Shown: positions 1 to 12,049 of the stretch, one piece after another
How the letters are laid out: every line of letters begins with the position of its first letter
Numbering within the stretch: the first letter of the stretch is position 1
Origin: Macrostomum hystrix
Taxonomy: Eukaryota; Animalia; Platyhelminthes
Direction: 5' to 3'
NCBI GenBank assembly: GCA_950097015.1
Contig: CATNEN010000034.1
Coordinates: 5,890,001-5,954,000 of the forward strand
DNA: 64,000 nt
Program-made: the position numbers and the translations under genes
Notes under the pieces: model-generated
Told to the model about the DNA's origin: nothing
The model's input: the letters and a program-made list of their open reading frames with translations, nothing else
Database searches by the model: none

Positions 1-1439
1 GCTATTCGCATCTGATTATCTTTCATTGGTCTCCCGACAATGAATACACTTTTTTCGCAGTTTATTAGCCACTTTGTATGCATTAACTCACTTCATAGGT
101 AAGGCTAAGTGTTAGGTAGCTGGGACTATTGCAAACTGTCAGTAGCACGGCTCTCTACTCTCTCCGCATATAGAGTGTCTCAAAATCTGCTTCCGCTTGT
201 GCACTTACGGGCTAAGTAGGATACTCAGACAGACAGCTCAGGGATTTATTTGCCTAATGGCCATCTGGGCTCCCATCGCCATCTAGTTTGCTGTTTGCGC
301 GCGTCTAAATCTACTCAAAAGGCGCTTGGCAACAAAGCTTTGTGAATTTTCGTTTTATTTTTACCGACTTTTTCTGGCTTTCCTAGTCCATTTATTACTT
401 ACGCTAATAATCTCTCTTCGTCTTCCCTCTCTAGTCGCATCTTTTTTGAAGCCCCTCTTCTGCATATGGCAGAAAGAAAAATTGAGATTACTTATGGGAA
501 GTTATAAAAAACTCAAAGACGTTGTAGGCCAGGGAACGGAGGCCTTCTCTGATCCTTTAATATGTCCGCTCTTTTCATTTTAATGGTAACTTTCGTTCAG
601 TTTTCTCTTTCCTTAACTAGTTGGCTTGAGAAAGACACTTTTTGGCCAGTTTTTTCGTGTTTTTTATTATTATTCATAAGTCTTAAATGCTGTTGTTTGT
701 CACGACGTTCGATATTTAATACCTAAAAAATGAAAATGACATAAGGATTCAACAAGTAAAGCATATTAATTGAAAATGAAAAATTGTCTATGGACTGAAG
801 CGAAGTCTCTAAGCGAAGCGGTTTCTAAATACTTTTTCCTAGAGCTTCCTGTTCCTTTTTCCTGTAGCTTCTTATCTGAAAGCTACACGACGGTAGGACG
901 CATCGGACTATCATAACAACTAACTGACTGATAAAAAAACCGAAAAGTTAACAATTATTACGTCCCAAAAATAACGAATTCAAAATTATTCTATTGTATA
1001 TCGTTAAAACCTATCGTTTATTGCACCACACAATTCATTGATAAAAAGTGGGTAATGTAAGAATATATATACCGGCTATTGAGGGTACTAATGGCTGTGA
1101 CCGAGGACGCGCAGCGCGCAGCGCGTCATTGAGCAACGCTGGGATTCCCAGCGGTTCTGTTTGCACCATAGACATTCCACCAGGGTTTTAATGTCGTCCA
1201 TTAAAACCCATTAAAACCCCGAGCGAAGCCCGTAATACTGCCATAGACTAAACCCAGAGAACGGTTCTCGCTTCTTAAGAGGAGTGGGACTGTTGAGTGG
1301 ATCATCAGAGAATTTATTACGGAACCCATCGTCTCTTATATGTATAGCACTATATATACTCGTAGCATTGTGCAAAGATCATTGATTTTAGATCACTAAA
1401 ACAGTATTTCTCGAAGACAAAATAGCATTATTGACCACT

Positions 1440-1890
1440 GAAGAACTAAGGTTTTGAATCTGCTTAAATTGGCGTCAAAAGGACTCTGCTTAGTCGCAAT
1501 AATATCCACTTCAGATATTTGACTTTAGTACAGTCAAGTTTTTTTCGACTCTCTTGTGTACTTTTATCGAGTAATCAGTAAACAGCATTTTACGACAAAA
1601 ACTTTGAAGCATTTCTTTTCGAATAGGTTTTTCTATTGACCTGGAAGTGATTTTGACAAGGTTAATGTGTGGCTTTTATGGTCTGCTGTTGAAAAAAAAC
1701 GGTTGATTCGCTAAGAAATAGTCTAGAAGCAAACACTTGACATATAGTTTGATAAAAAACAGTTTTTATCAAAAACCCAGTGCATCAGAATGATACTTAG
1801 TGTAACACATCTGTCAGATATTGCATCCTTCAGAAGCGATAAATCTACCAATATATATTGCCTGTTTGTCACAAGGTCATGGCACAATTA
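1440..1890 (-). pseudogene. Possible highly decayed DNA-transposon transposase remnant (Mutator-like/Kolobok-type N-terminal region)
   Basis: Manual minus-strand translation across stops and frameshifts gives YILVDLSLLKDAI...ALGF**KLFFIKLYVKC...KPHINLVKITSRSIEKPIRKEMLQSFC. This loosely recalls the pattern RIVDL...GLAS.L...C...INxR...A.R.IG.G...L..FC seen in such transposases. Weak, recall-based similarity only. Confidence 0.25.
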
Positions 1891-2821
1891 TATAACCTTA
1901 ATAACCTATAATACGCAGCAATATAATACTATGGCTTCTTGAGTGGCTGTATCGCGAAGGTGATATAATGAAGCTAGTGTAAGGAGTTTTACTGCTCAAG
2001 AAGACACTTAAGTGCCTCCCCGTTATGTTTTGCTTGCTTTCTTGTGTGCATTTTCGGACTGTTTTGTTTCGCATCTGAAGCACCTGCAAATTAATATTAG
2101 CCTGTATTGCAGTAAAATTTCTCTTAACTTGTTGAATTATACATGGTTTTTTAATATGGACTTCACATTGGGAAAAGCTGTCTAGCATGTAGGTCAGCCC
2201 CATATTTATTCTTGCGAGCCTCCGGTTTTAACTAAAGGGGAAAAGTTTCATTTTAAGTCAAGTTGACAGCTTCTCAGTGCGATACAGCCTACATAAACTG
2301 ATATGCAGGTGCATTATTTATGTCCGCTTGTAATTGTTGTAATGCCCTTTCACTTATCGCCAGTTCGGTTGCCAGTTGCACTGCAAGATACAGTGGGAAC
2401 TGAAATTCACACCAAATCACAGAGAGCCAAAAATCAATTCAAGACTCCGTATCGCGGAGAATCGTAAATTTGTGTCTAGGGTGCAGGCCGACCAATCATA
2501 GTTTGAGAGAGATACAGAGAAGTACGTAATGATTGCTAAGGGTTCGAAAATAATGCCTTCGACCAATCAGCGAGCCGCACATGGCTAGGGATTAAGGTTA
2601 GGGATAGAGATCTATAAGAAAACGCGCGTCTTTTTCTACCAATCAGCGAGTGGCGTGGTTAGAGAAAAAGCTCTTAAAGATAGCCAATCACAGATAGTCA
2701 GTGGAAAATGAATATGAAATCGCAAGCGATAGTAAGATAACGTGTGTCTTTTTTCGACTAATAAGCTCGTCGCGCATATTAACAGTAGGACTACCAAGCC
2801 ATTTTGCCGCCCGTTTTTATA

Positions 2822-3387
2822 CCAAGGGGGCGGGGAATCCCCCCCCTCTGAAATTTTTTTTGCCAGCGCCTGAATGCTTTGGGGGTGACTGATTGGTTGA
2901 CAGACTAGTCGAGGGTGTCCTGTGGTTGAGCTGCGCCTAATAGTTAGGCTTGAACAGTGAAATTGGAGAAATTCGCGTCAGGGTGTCCATAGTGGCCTAG
3001 TTCCACCTGTTGTACCTCTTGAGGGTCTAGATAGATAAGAGAGATAGATATAGATAAAGGTCGGTGACCGCCGAAGTCAGAGATGATGCAAGCACATTCG
3101 GGTGACATGCTGATAAAGTTTGAAGGTCTGGAAAGCCCGCACTGAGGCGCAGTGCAAATTCGTGTATAGGGGTGTATGAAATAACCATAGCTCTTATGGG
3201 AAAAATCGGACCTTCGGCCAGAAACATTGAATATCTCGACGGTCTGAAGAGCTGGCGACTTGTTTCTTGTTTCAGAAGATGCGCAACAAAAAGTTGGCCC
3301 ATGTTCTTGAGTTTCGTGTGCCTGCATTGTTCCCTTCGGGTGCAGCAAAAAAATTGTCAGGGGTTGGAAAAATCCCCCCCCCCTTGG
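2822..3387. mobile_element. MITE candidate (566 bp, Tc1/mariner-type TA target duplication)
   Basis: Left end TA|CCAAGGGGGCGGGGAAT (from 2822) and right end ATCCCCCCCCCCTTGG|TA (to 3387) form about 15-bp imperfect terminal inverted repeats with TA on both sides. No transposase ORF inside. Confidence 0.55.
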
Positions 3388-4104
3388 TAGTTCTACTGTT
3401 AAGGGGAATAGAGAAATTTGAGAGTTTATTACTCAATTTCTAACTAATTAATATTTCTTGCCTTAATAAAGAAGTTTTGGTGTGAATAGCGAAGTGAATA
3501 CCAGTTGCCTGCAGACACTAAAAGCCTTGTTTCTTCTTAAAATGGTTTCTCTTCCTCATACCCTCTCCGTTGTGCGAGGGCGCTTGACCTATCCAACTCT
3601 AACCCTTAACCTACAAAGTTAGTAGCTGGGCACTAGCGCCAGTTGCTCTCTTACCCGTTCTGGTTGCAACAGAAGCAAGCAACACAACGCACTGGAGCAA
3701 CAATAACTAATTGAGTAGAGAAACTAAGCTGTGTTTTTTCATTAGTGCGTACATGAATTCAGACACTGGAACTTCTATGTTATGTGTACGCGCTTAATCT
3801 ACAGTAGGTTAAGCAAAAAAATGGGGAAATTTAGTTACGAAAAATTGCATTAGGTTACATTATACTATTTTGGATTAGAGCATGCTGTCTGTTGTTGCAA
3901 AGCTTAGATAGGTTTTTGCAGCTGTTAGACAATTGATTCTTAACTAGTTAAATGTAGAATAAATTTCGTTCTGTATATTTTCTCGCTCATACGATTCTTT
4001 TGGTTGCTAGAATTGGACTTTTTTGTTATAGCTCAAAAACACAACTCTTAAGTAGGCTTAGAGTTAGAGGTTAGAGCTTAGTATTTTCACGTTGGATTTT
4101 TCAC

Positions 4105-4712
4105 GTTCTAGACATTTTTAGGTCTCACCTGTTCTAGTCATTTTTTGGGGTCTCACCTGTTCTAGTCATTTTTTGGGGTCTCACCTGTTCTAGTCATTTT
4201 TTGGGGTCTCACCTGTTCTAGTCATTTAAGGTCTCACCTGTTCTAGTCATTTAAGGTCTCACCTGTTCTAGTCATTTTTCGGGGTCTCACCTGTTCTAGT
4301 CATTTTTAGGTCTCACCTGTTCTAGTCATTTAAGGTCTCACCTGTTCTAGTCATTTTTAGGTCTCACCTGTTCTAGTCATTTTTAGGTCTCACCTGTTCT
4401 AGTCATTTTTAGGTCTCACCTGTTCTAGTCATTTTTTGGGGTCTCACCTGTTCTAGTCATTTTTTGGGGTCTCACCTGTTCTAGTCATTTTTAGGTCTCA
4501 CCTGTTCTAGTCATTTTTAGGTCTCACCTGTTCTAGTCATTTTTAGGTCTCACCTGATCTAGTCATTCAAGGTCTCACCTGTTCTAGTCATTTTTAGGTC
4601 TCACCTGTTCTAGTCATTTTTAGGTCTCACCTGTTCTAGTCATTTTTAGGTCTCACCTGTTCTAGTCATTTAAGGTCTCACCTGTTCTGGTCATTTTGGT
4701 GTCTCACCTGTT
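4105..4712. repeat. Minisatellite, ~26-bp unit GGTCTCACCTGTTCTAGTCATTTTTA (length variants), ~23 copies
   Basis: Directly visible tandem array ending about 130 bp upstream of the nuclear-receptor acceptor site. Confidence 0.95.
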
Positions 4713-4840
4713 TAAATTGCCTGTTATAATTGTTTAAAATCTCAAATCGTTTTGCAATTTAGTGTTTCGCCTGTTCAAGGTGTGCCTTAATGACATAATC
4801 GAACCCTGTAATTAATTTCTAATCCGCCAACCCCCGCCAG

Positions 4841-6228
4841 ATGTACGCATGGACCGGACTCGCGGCGGTCGCAAAAAGTGTAAGCGCACTTCTCGCGAGC
4901 AGTTCGACCAGCTGGTTGAGCAGATCGCCGCCCCGGTTGGCAGCGACGCCGCCCCGGCACCCGCCGCAGGCGACAGCTCCGCTGGATACAAACCTGAGCC
5001 CCGCAACATGGCTGCAGCCGACGGCAGCGGCTCCTCGGAGGGCTCCGACACTCCGCCGCATCCATCGCGTCGGCGTCAGCTAAATGGCGGAAATGACGAT
5101 CTAATAGCCGCCGACGATGGCGGAATCGCCAGCGATCCTCTTGATAGTTTCATTCGCGAAGCCGTCGCCAATGACGCCATGATCCGGCCGCTGACTGTTG
5201 GCCACTGGCCCGGCGGTCCGGACAGCGCCGCGGCCTTCACCGCCGCTATTCGCGACTGGTTCGCTCGCGGCCTGCACTCGATAGTCAGCTGGAGCAATTC
5301 TTTAAAATGCCTGGACGCCCTGCTGCTGCAGGATCGCATAGCGCTGCTGTCTAAGAACTGGTTCGCCATCTTGCTCATGGACACACTGGCCAGGTGTTCG
5401 CCCTTCACTGGCGTTGTCCACTTTGCCAACAACTTCTCTGTTGGTCCGGATGAAGCTGCCGCCTGCCAGGTGCCGCAGGATTTCTACGCCACCCTTAGCG
5501 GCATGCTGCAGTCGTTCGATCAACTGGGCCCGTGTCGCAGCGAGATCTCTATTCTGAAACTGCTGGCCCTATTGGATCATAGCGTCGTTGATGACATCGG
5601 CATCATCTCGCGCACTGAGGCTCTCCGCGGCGCCACCCTGCGCGCCCTGTACCGCGTCAGCTCGGTGAAGCTCAACATTGACGAGCAGTCTGAGCAGTGC
5701 GACCTGTACGTTAGCAAACTGCTGCTTAGGCAGGGCTTCACTGTCAACTTGAAGATGGGCCTGGATTCCTGGCGCAGTCTAGATCCGCCTAGTCAGGAGC
5801 GCTGCACCGAGTCCATCACCCGCTGCCTTGGCATTCAGGCCGCCTCGCCAACTGCGCGCTCCAGCCCCGAGGAGGACTGTACCAGCACCGACTCCTGCCC
5901 GGACCAATTCCGCAGCCGTGTCTATTTCAAAACCTTGCGCTCCGGCTCTGGCCCTGTCACGCCGCAGGCGCTGCTGCCTCCGCCGCCGCCACCGCCGCCG
6001 CAGCATCAGCAGCAGCAGCTGCCACCTCCGCCGCTGCCACCGCAATTTCACAATCCGCAGCCGCACTTTTTGAATCATCAAAATTATCAGCCGCATCTGC
6101 AACATCAACAACAGCAGCGGCAGCAGCATTGCGGTATATTCAAAGGCCAGCCAGTTGGCATGCTAATGGAGCCGCCACCGCCACCCACCGACTATGCCGG
6201 CGATGATGACGCATTTGGTGAATATTAA
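4841..6228 (+). CDS. Nuclear hormone receptor, terminal coding exon (C-terminal extension, hinge, ligand-binding domain, Pro/Gln-rich tail); ERR (NR3B)/FTZ-F1 (NR5A)-like; 5' part missing
   Basis: Acceptor ctaat...cccccgccAG at 4839-4840. The exon reads xVRMDRTRGGRKKCKR, compared with ERR GVRLDRVRGGRQKYKR and FTZ-F1 AVRADRMRGGRNKF. LBD signature IVSWSNSLKCLDALLLQDRIALLSKNWFAILL, then EISILKLLALL and VSKLLLR. Stop TAA at 6226-6228. No C4 zinc-finger exon found in 1-4840. Confidence 0.85.
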
Positions 6229-7061
6229 AATACGGTTTTTTCACTTCAGACAACACTTGTTTTCGTTAAAGCGTACGTTTTGTTATCAGTGCGCTTTTGA
6301 AGGTTTGTGTTCTGTGTACTTTTAACCTTTGCCCCATCTCCCACCTTTGTGGAACATGTACGTACTCGTGTGTGTGAGAATTTTTCCTACATGTATTCAA
6401 CAAAACTTTCTCAATTTTTATTTCTGCGACAATGTAAGTGAGAGTGAAGGCTAATTGATATTGTTCCGCATTGTTTTGCCTGATTGGCCGTGTCATGTTG
6501 CTTTTGTTCTTGCTGAAGCCGTTTTTGGATCAGGTTCTGTATCGCTATGTTTGTTATATGGTAAGAATCTTCATATTTAGTAATGCATTGTTCTGTTATT
6601 TTTATTGATCATTATATTCTATTCTGACTTTTGTCTGGCTGTTGTTATTGTTGCTGTGCCACAACTGCACTAGATGGTTTAAAACCCGTACGACAGGCTA
6701 CTTGTTTTCACCAGATTTCTCATTTGTTATCGTCGTGTGTTTTCTAGATTAGCGAAAGTGTATTTTTTCTGAAATTTTCTTTCCTATTTTTTCTTATTCC
6801 GACTTCTGTCACTAGCCCACTCTACTGTTTTCTGTTGCAGATTTCTAAACTTTCTCTTTTTTTACCAAAAAATTAGATACTGCACTTCAGGATAAAACCA
6901 TTTTTTTATTATTGAAACTCTTGCCAATTATATTACAATATTGATTTGTTTTGCTGAATTCAACTAGCTGTAGCTGTTTTTTGTATATCGACAAACTATT
7001 GACTAAATAAGCCATCTAAACATCTACATTTTTACATCTAAACGATTTTTCCACGCCATCA

Positions 7062-8047
7062 GTGAGCCACAACTGGACACATTGGTGGGCCACACCTAGA
7101 CACATTAGTGGGCCACACCTGGACACATTTGTGGGCCACACCTGGACACATTTGTGGGCCACACCTGGACACATTAGTGGGCCACACCTGGACACATTTG
7201 TGGGACATACCTCGACATATTGGTGGGCCACACCTGGACACATTTGTGGGCCACAACTGGACACATTTGTGGGCCACACCTGGACACATTTGTGGGCCAC
7301 ACCTGGACACATTGGTGGGCCACACCTGGACACATTTGTGGGCCACACCTGGACACATTTGTGGGCCACACCTGGACACATTTGTGGGCCACACCTGGAC
7401 ACATTTGTGGGCCACACCTGGACACATTTGTGGGACATACCTCGACATATTGGTGGGCCACACCTGGACACATTTGTGGGCCACAACTGGACACATTTGT
7501 GGGCCACACCTGGACACATTGGTGGGCCACACCTGGACACATTTGTGGGCCACACCTGGACACATTTGTGGGCCACACCTGGACACATTTGTGGGCCACA
7601 CCTGGACACATTTGTGGGCCACACCTGGACACATTAGTGGGCCACACCTGGACACATTTGTGGGACATACCTCGACATATTGGTGGGCCACACCTGGACA
7701 CATTTGTGGGCCACAACTGGACACATTGGTGGGCCACACCTGGACACATTTGTGGGCCACACCTGGACACATTGGTGGGCCACACCTGGACACATTTGTG
7801 GGCCACACCTGGACACATTTGTGGGCCACACCTGGACACATTTGTGGGCCACACCTGGACACATTTGTGGGCCACACCTGGACACATTAGTGGGCCACAC
7901 CTGGACACATTAGTGGGCCACACCTGGACACATTAGTGGGCCACACCTGGACACATTAGTGGGCCACACCTGGACACATTTGTGGGCCACACCTGGACAC
8001 ATTTGTGGGCCACACCTGGACACATTTGTGGGACATACCTGGACACA
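7062..8047. repeat. Minisatellite, 23-bp unit GGGCCACACCTGGACACATTTGT, ~43 copies, with a 230-bp higher-order repeat
   Basis: Tandem array; the variant unit GGGACATACCTCGACATATTGGT recurs at 7202, 7432 and 7662. Confidence 0.97.
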
Positions 8048-8752
8048 GTTTGAAGCTGTTTAAGGCGCATTGTTAGTAGCTATTTTTCTCTACTGTTGCC
8101 ATGGATACGCATGTATTTTAATAGCTAGCTAACTAATAGACTGTCAGCGGCTGTGCTTTCGTGTCCGTGCACTATGCTTACCCTTTATATAAAAATGCAA
8201 ATTATGTTGATAAGATTTTCTCTCGAATTTTAGAATATTATACATTACTATAAATTTATTGTAAACTCATTTCAGACATATGAGTATCTCTAGTTTAGGC
8301 TGAGCTTATTATTAGAATTTGTATTTGAATTCCCCCCTTCGCAAGTTGAGTCGTGTAATAATGCTGTTTTCTATGACTCTGCAGTGTAACACTATGTAGC
8401 GTGCTCTCTGTTGTACTCTCCGCTTTACACACTGCTTATCCATTTCTTATTGTTCTCTTTCCTCACTCCCTACTGCTCCTCTCTCGCAGCCAGCCAGCCA
8501 ACCCGCCCTCTATTTGTCCATCTAGCCGTTTTACTGTATCAAACCAACGAATGAGCTGCTAAAATGGTACTTCTTTATTTTCTTTATTTTCAAGTAGAAA
8601 GACCAAGGGGGGTATTTCAACTATTTATCAAATCGCCATTAACGCCCCTAAAATCATTCCCCAGGGGGGATTAGCGCGGTCTTCTTTCTACTGTTAAAGA
8701 TTTCACAGCGCCAAAGAACTGCCATTTACCAAAAGTCTAGGAATGCCCTGCC

Positions 8753-9654
8753 CATGGTGTCAAATGAAAGGAAATTTTGTCACAAAGAAAACAAAGTTAA
8801 AATCATGTTCATATATTTTTCTATGCAGGAGCTGCAGCAAGAAACGTGCGCGAAGGTCAGGGGTAGTGTTACACAAGCTCCGGTGGGAGGAGGCGGGGAA
8901 CCCAGCGGGCTGAGATCTTTGAGAGACCCAGCTGATCGTTGACGATTATTCGATGGACAGTAGACTTGGCAATACCCAATCAATCAGAGATCTCTCGAAT
9001 AGTCAAGCGGGCATCCGAGTCCAGCAGGGCCTCGATCCGTTGATGGGATGTCTCGCCACCCGACGTGCAAGGACGGCCAGAGCGTGGCTGATCATTCACC
9101 GCAGACTGGCCATCTCTAAAGCGTTCGATCCATCCGTAAATGGCAGTTTTTTTCAGGCTGTTCTTACCGTGGATGGAGAATAAGTGGTCAGAAATCTTGG
9201 CTCCACTCCATCCTACTGACCAAAGGGCAAAAACTTGACTTCGCTGACTTTCAAGGCTCTGAATAGAACTCATTTTGGTAAAAAAAATTGAAGTTGAAAG
9301 CCAGCGCTTGGTACGAATTATCTGCACTCGCGTAAAAGCTCAGATTAGCTTTATAAGCATTTCTGCTTTTTTTCCATAGACTGCCACGTCTTTCTGACAC
9401 GTCAGTAGCAGAATTCAAAATGAAAATGAAGATGAAAAAAATCATTGCAATAGATTTTTGAGCTTGTGTAACACTACCCCAGACCTTCGCGCACGTGTAT
9501 GCAGCTCCTGAATAGAAAAATATATGAACATGATTTTAACTTTGTTTTCTTTGTGACAAAATTTCCTTTCATTTGACACCATGCGCGTGAAATTTCAATG
9601 CTCCGTTGAAGAGCTACGTTGGACATTCCGGGAACTTTTGGGACACCCCTCGTA
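8753..9654 (-). mobile_element. Non-autonomous mariner (Tc1/mariner) deletion derivative
   Basis: Right end ...GAACTTTTGGGACACCCCTCG|TA (reverse complement TACGAGGGGTGTCCCAAAAGTTC) is a typical mariner terminus. 8753-8880 is an inverted copy of 9460-9583. The interior encodes a mariner HTH region. Confidence 0.88.
8881..9273 (-). pseudogene. Truncated mariner transposase (HTH DNA-binding region plus WVPxxL linker; catalytic DD34D domain absent)
   Basis: MSSIQSLESQRSQVFALW...AIYGWIERFRDGQSAVNDQPRSGRP...DARLTIREISD*LGIAKSTVHRIIVNDQLGLSKISARWVPRLL. One in-frame TGA at 8980-8982, then the sequence runs into the inverted repeat. Confidence 0.88.
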
Positions 9655-10831
9655 TTCCAATTGTGTACAGTAAGATTTGTTTCTAGTGCTGTTGTTATTT
9701 CCATTGTTGCTATCTGTTTGTTAATTCGGGTGCATTTTTAATTTCGAACTTTGCATCAGCCTGTATCCTGTTAAAATGCGCCGCGCCCACATTATCGTGT
9801 GACTGTTTTACTAAAATACACAACTTGCACTGTTTGGAGAATTGAAGAAATCAAAAGAAACTATTTATCTTTTTCTGTCGCTTGTATCTATACGTTTGTC
9901 TTTTGTGTGTCTGTGTGCCAATAGGCTATAAAATTTTATTCGTAAATTATTATTCTATACAATATGTTGCTTATCAAATTTACGTGATAGAGCTAATTGT
10001 AATGCTTTATAATGTTCATTTTCTTTGTTTATTCATTTCTATGCTTAGTTTCCTCTCTCTCTGCGTCCGTAACTTGATACTATTGGTATTGTTACTGTTA
10101 TCATTATACTGTTATCAGTAGTACTATACTAGTAGTAAAACTAGTATATCAGTAACTGCAGTTATCAGTACGCGAGTAAAAACTGCGCTAATAATTAATT
10201 ACCTTTATCTAAATTACCTTCTCTTTTTGTCTATCTCAGATTCAATAGAAGTTTGGCTTTTTCTGACTATAAATTTATTCTATTTGTTTGTTTGGTCTCT
10301 ATGTTGTACCAAAGCACTTGTTCTTACTAAAACAAAGCAAACCAGGTGAAACAATTTGGAACAATTTATTGGAGAAATACAAAATTAGAGCGAAGCTGCC
10401 AATGTAGATTATGTTAATTAATATATTATTAAAGTGTGCACTAATTTGTATTCGCGCCTGTTTGCAACACAATTAGATTTTGCTTTTCATTTCGCAAGTT
10501 TTCCTGGGCATTAGCTTTTCCTGACTCAGTCTTAACTCAATCATCGTTTGCATGGGGATGGCAATTATTCAGTATGTCTAGACTACATAGTTAATAATGA
10601 TCATTTCAAGCTATTCTTTCATCTGAATGATTTCCAATATATATTCTTTTCGATTTCGGCGCATTCGTTCCGTGTGACTTTATAATTAATAATCTCCTTT
10701 TATGCCGCGTCGGCCCTTAATAATCAATGAAATCCTTCTCAACAGTTGTACAGAGTTTGTTAGTTAAGACATGTGGAAAATGATTTTTTGTGCTAGTCAA
10801 AATATGATATTATCTTAGTTGTTTTATACGA

Positions 10832-11097
10832 TAGCAGGTAGATTTCTAAACTGTCATCTAGAATAGCAGGTAGATTTCTAAACTGTCATCTAGAATAGCA
10901 GGTAGATTTCTAAACTGTCATCTAGAATAGCAGGTAGATTTCTAAACTGTCATCTAGAATAGCAGGTAGATTTCTAAACTGTCATCTAGAATAGCAGGTA
11001 GATTTGTAAACTGTCATCTAGAATAGCAGGTAGATTTCTAAACTGTCATCTAGAATAGCAGGTAGATTTGTAAACTGTCATCTAGAATAGCAGGTAG
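10832..11097. repeat. Minisatellite, 32-bp unit ATAGCAGGTAGATTTCTAAACTGTCATCTAGA, ~8 copies
   Basis: Directly visible tandem array. Confidence 0.95.
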
Positions 11098-11659
11098 CAA
11101 AGTTTTATTTTTCTCTCGTAAGTGCGCCAGTACCCGGGCACATGAAAAGTGCAATTTTGCAATACAGTGAGCTCAGAAACGAAATGCGGTCGCGGGTAGA
11201 GAGAGGCTGGCATTGAGGACAGCAGGAGATTGGGGAAGGAATCGGCCTGTACACTGAAATCCCAAATTTGTGAGGGGAGCGAGAACAGTGGGATCTGTTC
11301 GCGTTCTCGCAGAGGACAGAAGGGAGTAGGGCAGGAGGTAGCTGCGGCATTTAGGACGCCGGCTGCAATGGTAAGGACAGCGTGTCAAAAAGGCATTGGT
11401 GAGAGACATTGTGAACAACGCAAGGGCTGGCAGGGAATGAGGGTATTCTCTTCTATCCATGGCTTGAAAATTTAGCGCATCGCCCCTCCGCAACTGGTCC
11501 CTAGTGCGCGCTCTGTCCTCCGTCTCTACCTTCTTTGTCATCTCGGCGCACTGTTGTACTTGTTTGCCAGTGATACTACTAATAACACTTAGCTTTTGGA
11601 CTGGCAGTAGTAACTAACGAATCTCAGCTTCTTGTTTAGTCATAGTCTGATAATTATCC

Positions 11660-11960
11660 GTTCTCTACATGATTATCATTTCTCTGACATAATTACACTT
11701 TCTCTGACATGATTATCATTCCTTTTACATGATTACCATTCCTCTGACATGATTACTATTTCTCTGACATGACTACCCTTTATCTGACATGATAAACGTT
11801 TCTCTGACATTATTAACATTTTCTGACATGATTATCCTTTATCTAATGCGATTTTTTATAATCTGACATCATCGTTAATTATTTATGGATATTTTCATCA
11901 TCTGACACGATTATCACATTATTCGGAATTACCATCATTTTATAGTATTATCAAATTATC
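11660..11960. repeat. Degenerate ~21-bp minisatellite (CTCTGACATGATTATCATT-like)
   Basis: Repeated CTGACAT(G/A)ATTA core with many substitutions. Confidence 0.7.
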
Positions 11961-12049
11961 ACAGGATTATCTATTTTCTAATCGTGTTATCAATCATCTA
12001 CATTTGAAATTACGTGAGCTTTTAAACGTTTGCACCAAACTATCCTCAG

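Noticed and set aside
3172-3390. Cys-containing ORF as the missing nuclear-receptor zinc finger
   Set aside because: Lacks the CxxC-x13-CxxC spacing, P-box and CR..KC...GM, and lies inside the MITE candidate.
5076-6129. Antisense and alternate-frame ORFs over the NR exon (and likewise over the Kir and ZBED exons)
   Set aside because: Expected shadows of GC-rich coding sequence.
7016-7936. Long Cys/His-rich ORFs on both strands (MWPTNVSRCG..., GHTWTHLWAT...)
   Set aside because: Translations of a stop-poor 23-bp tandem repeat; no splice or start context.
11105-11541. Overlapping ORFs in a GC-rich patch (MTKKVETEDR...)
   Set aside because: No recognisable motif in the frames I examined and no convincing splice sites.
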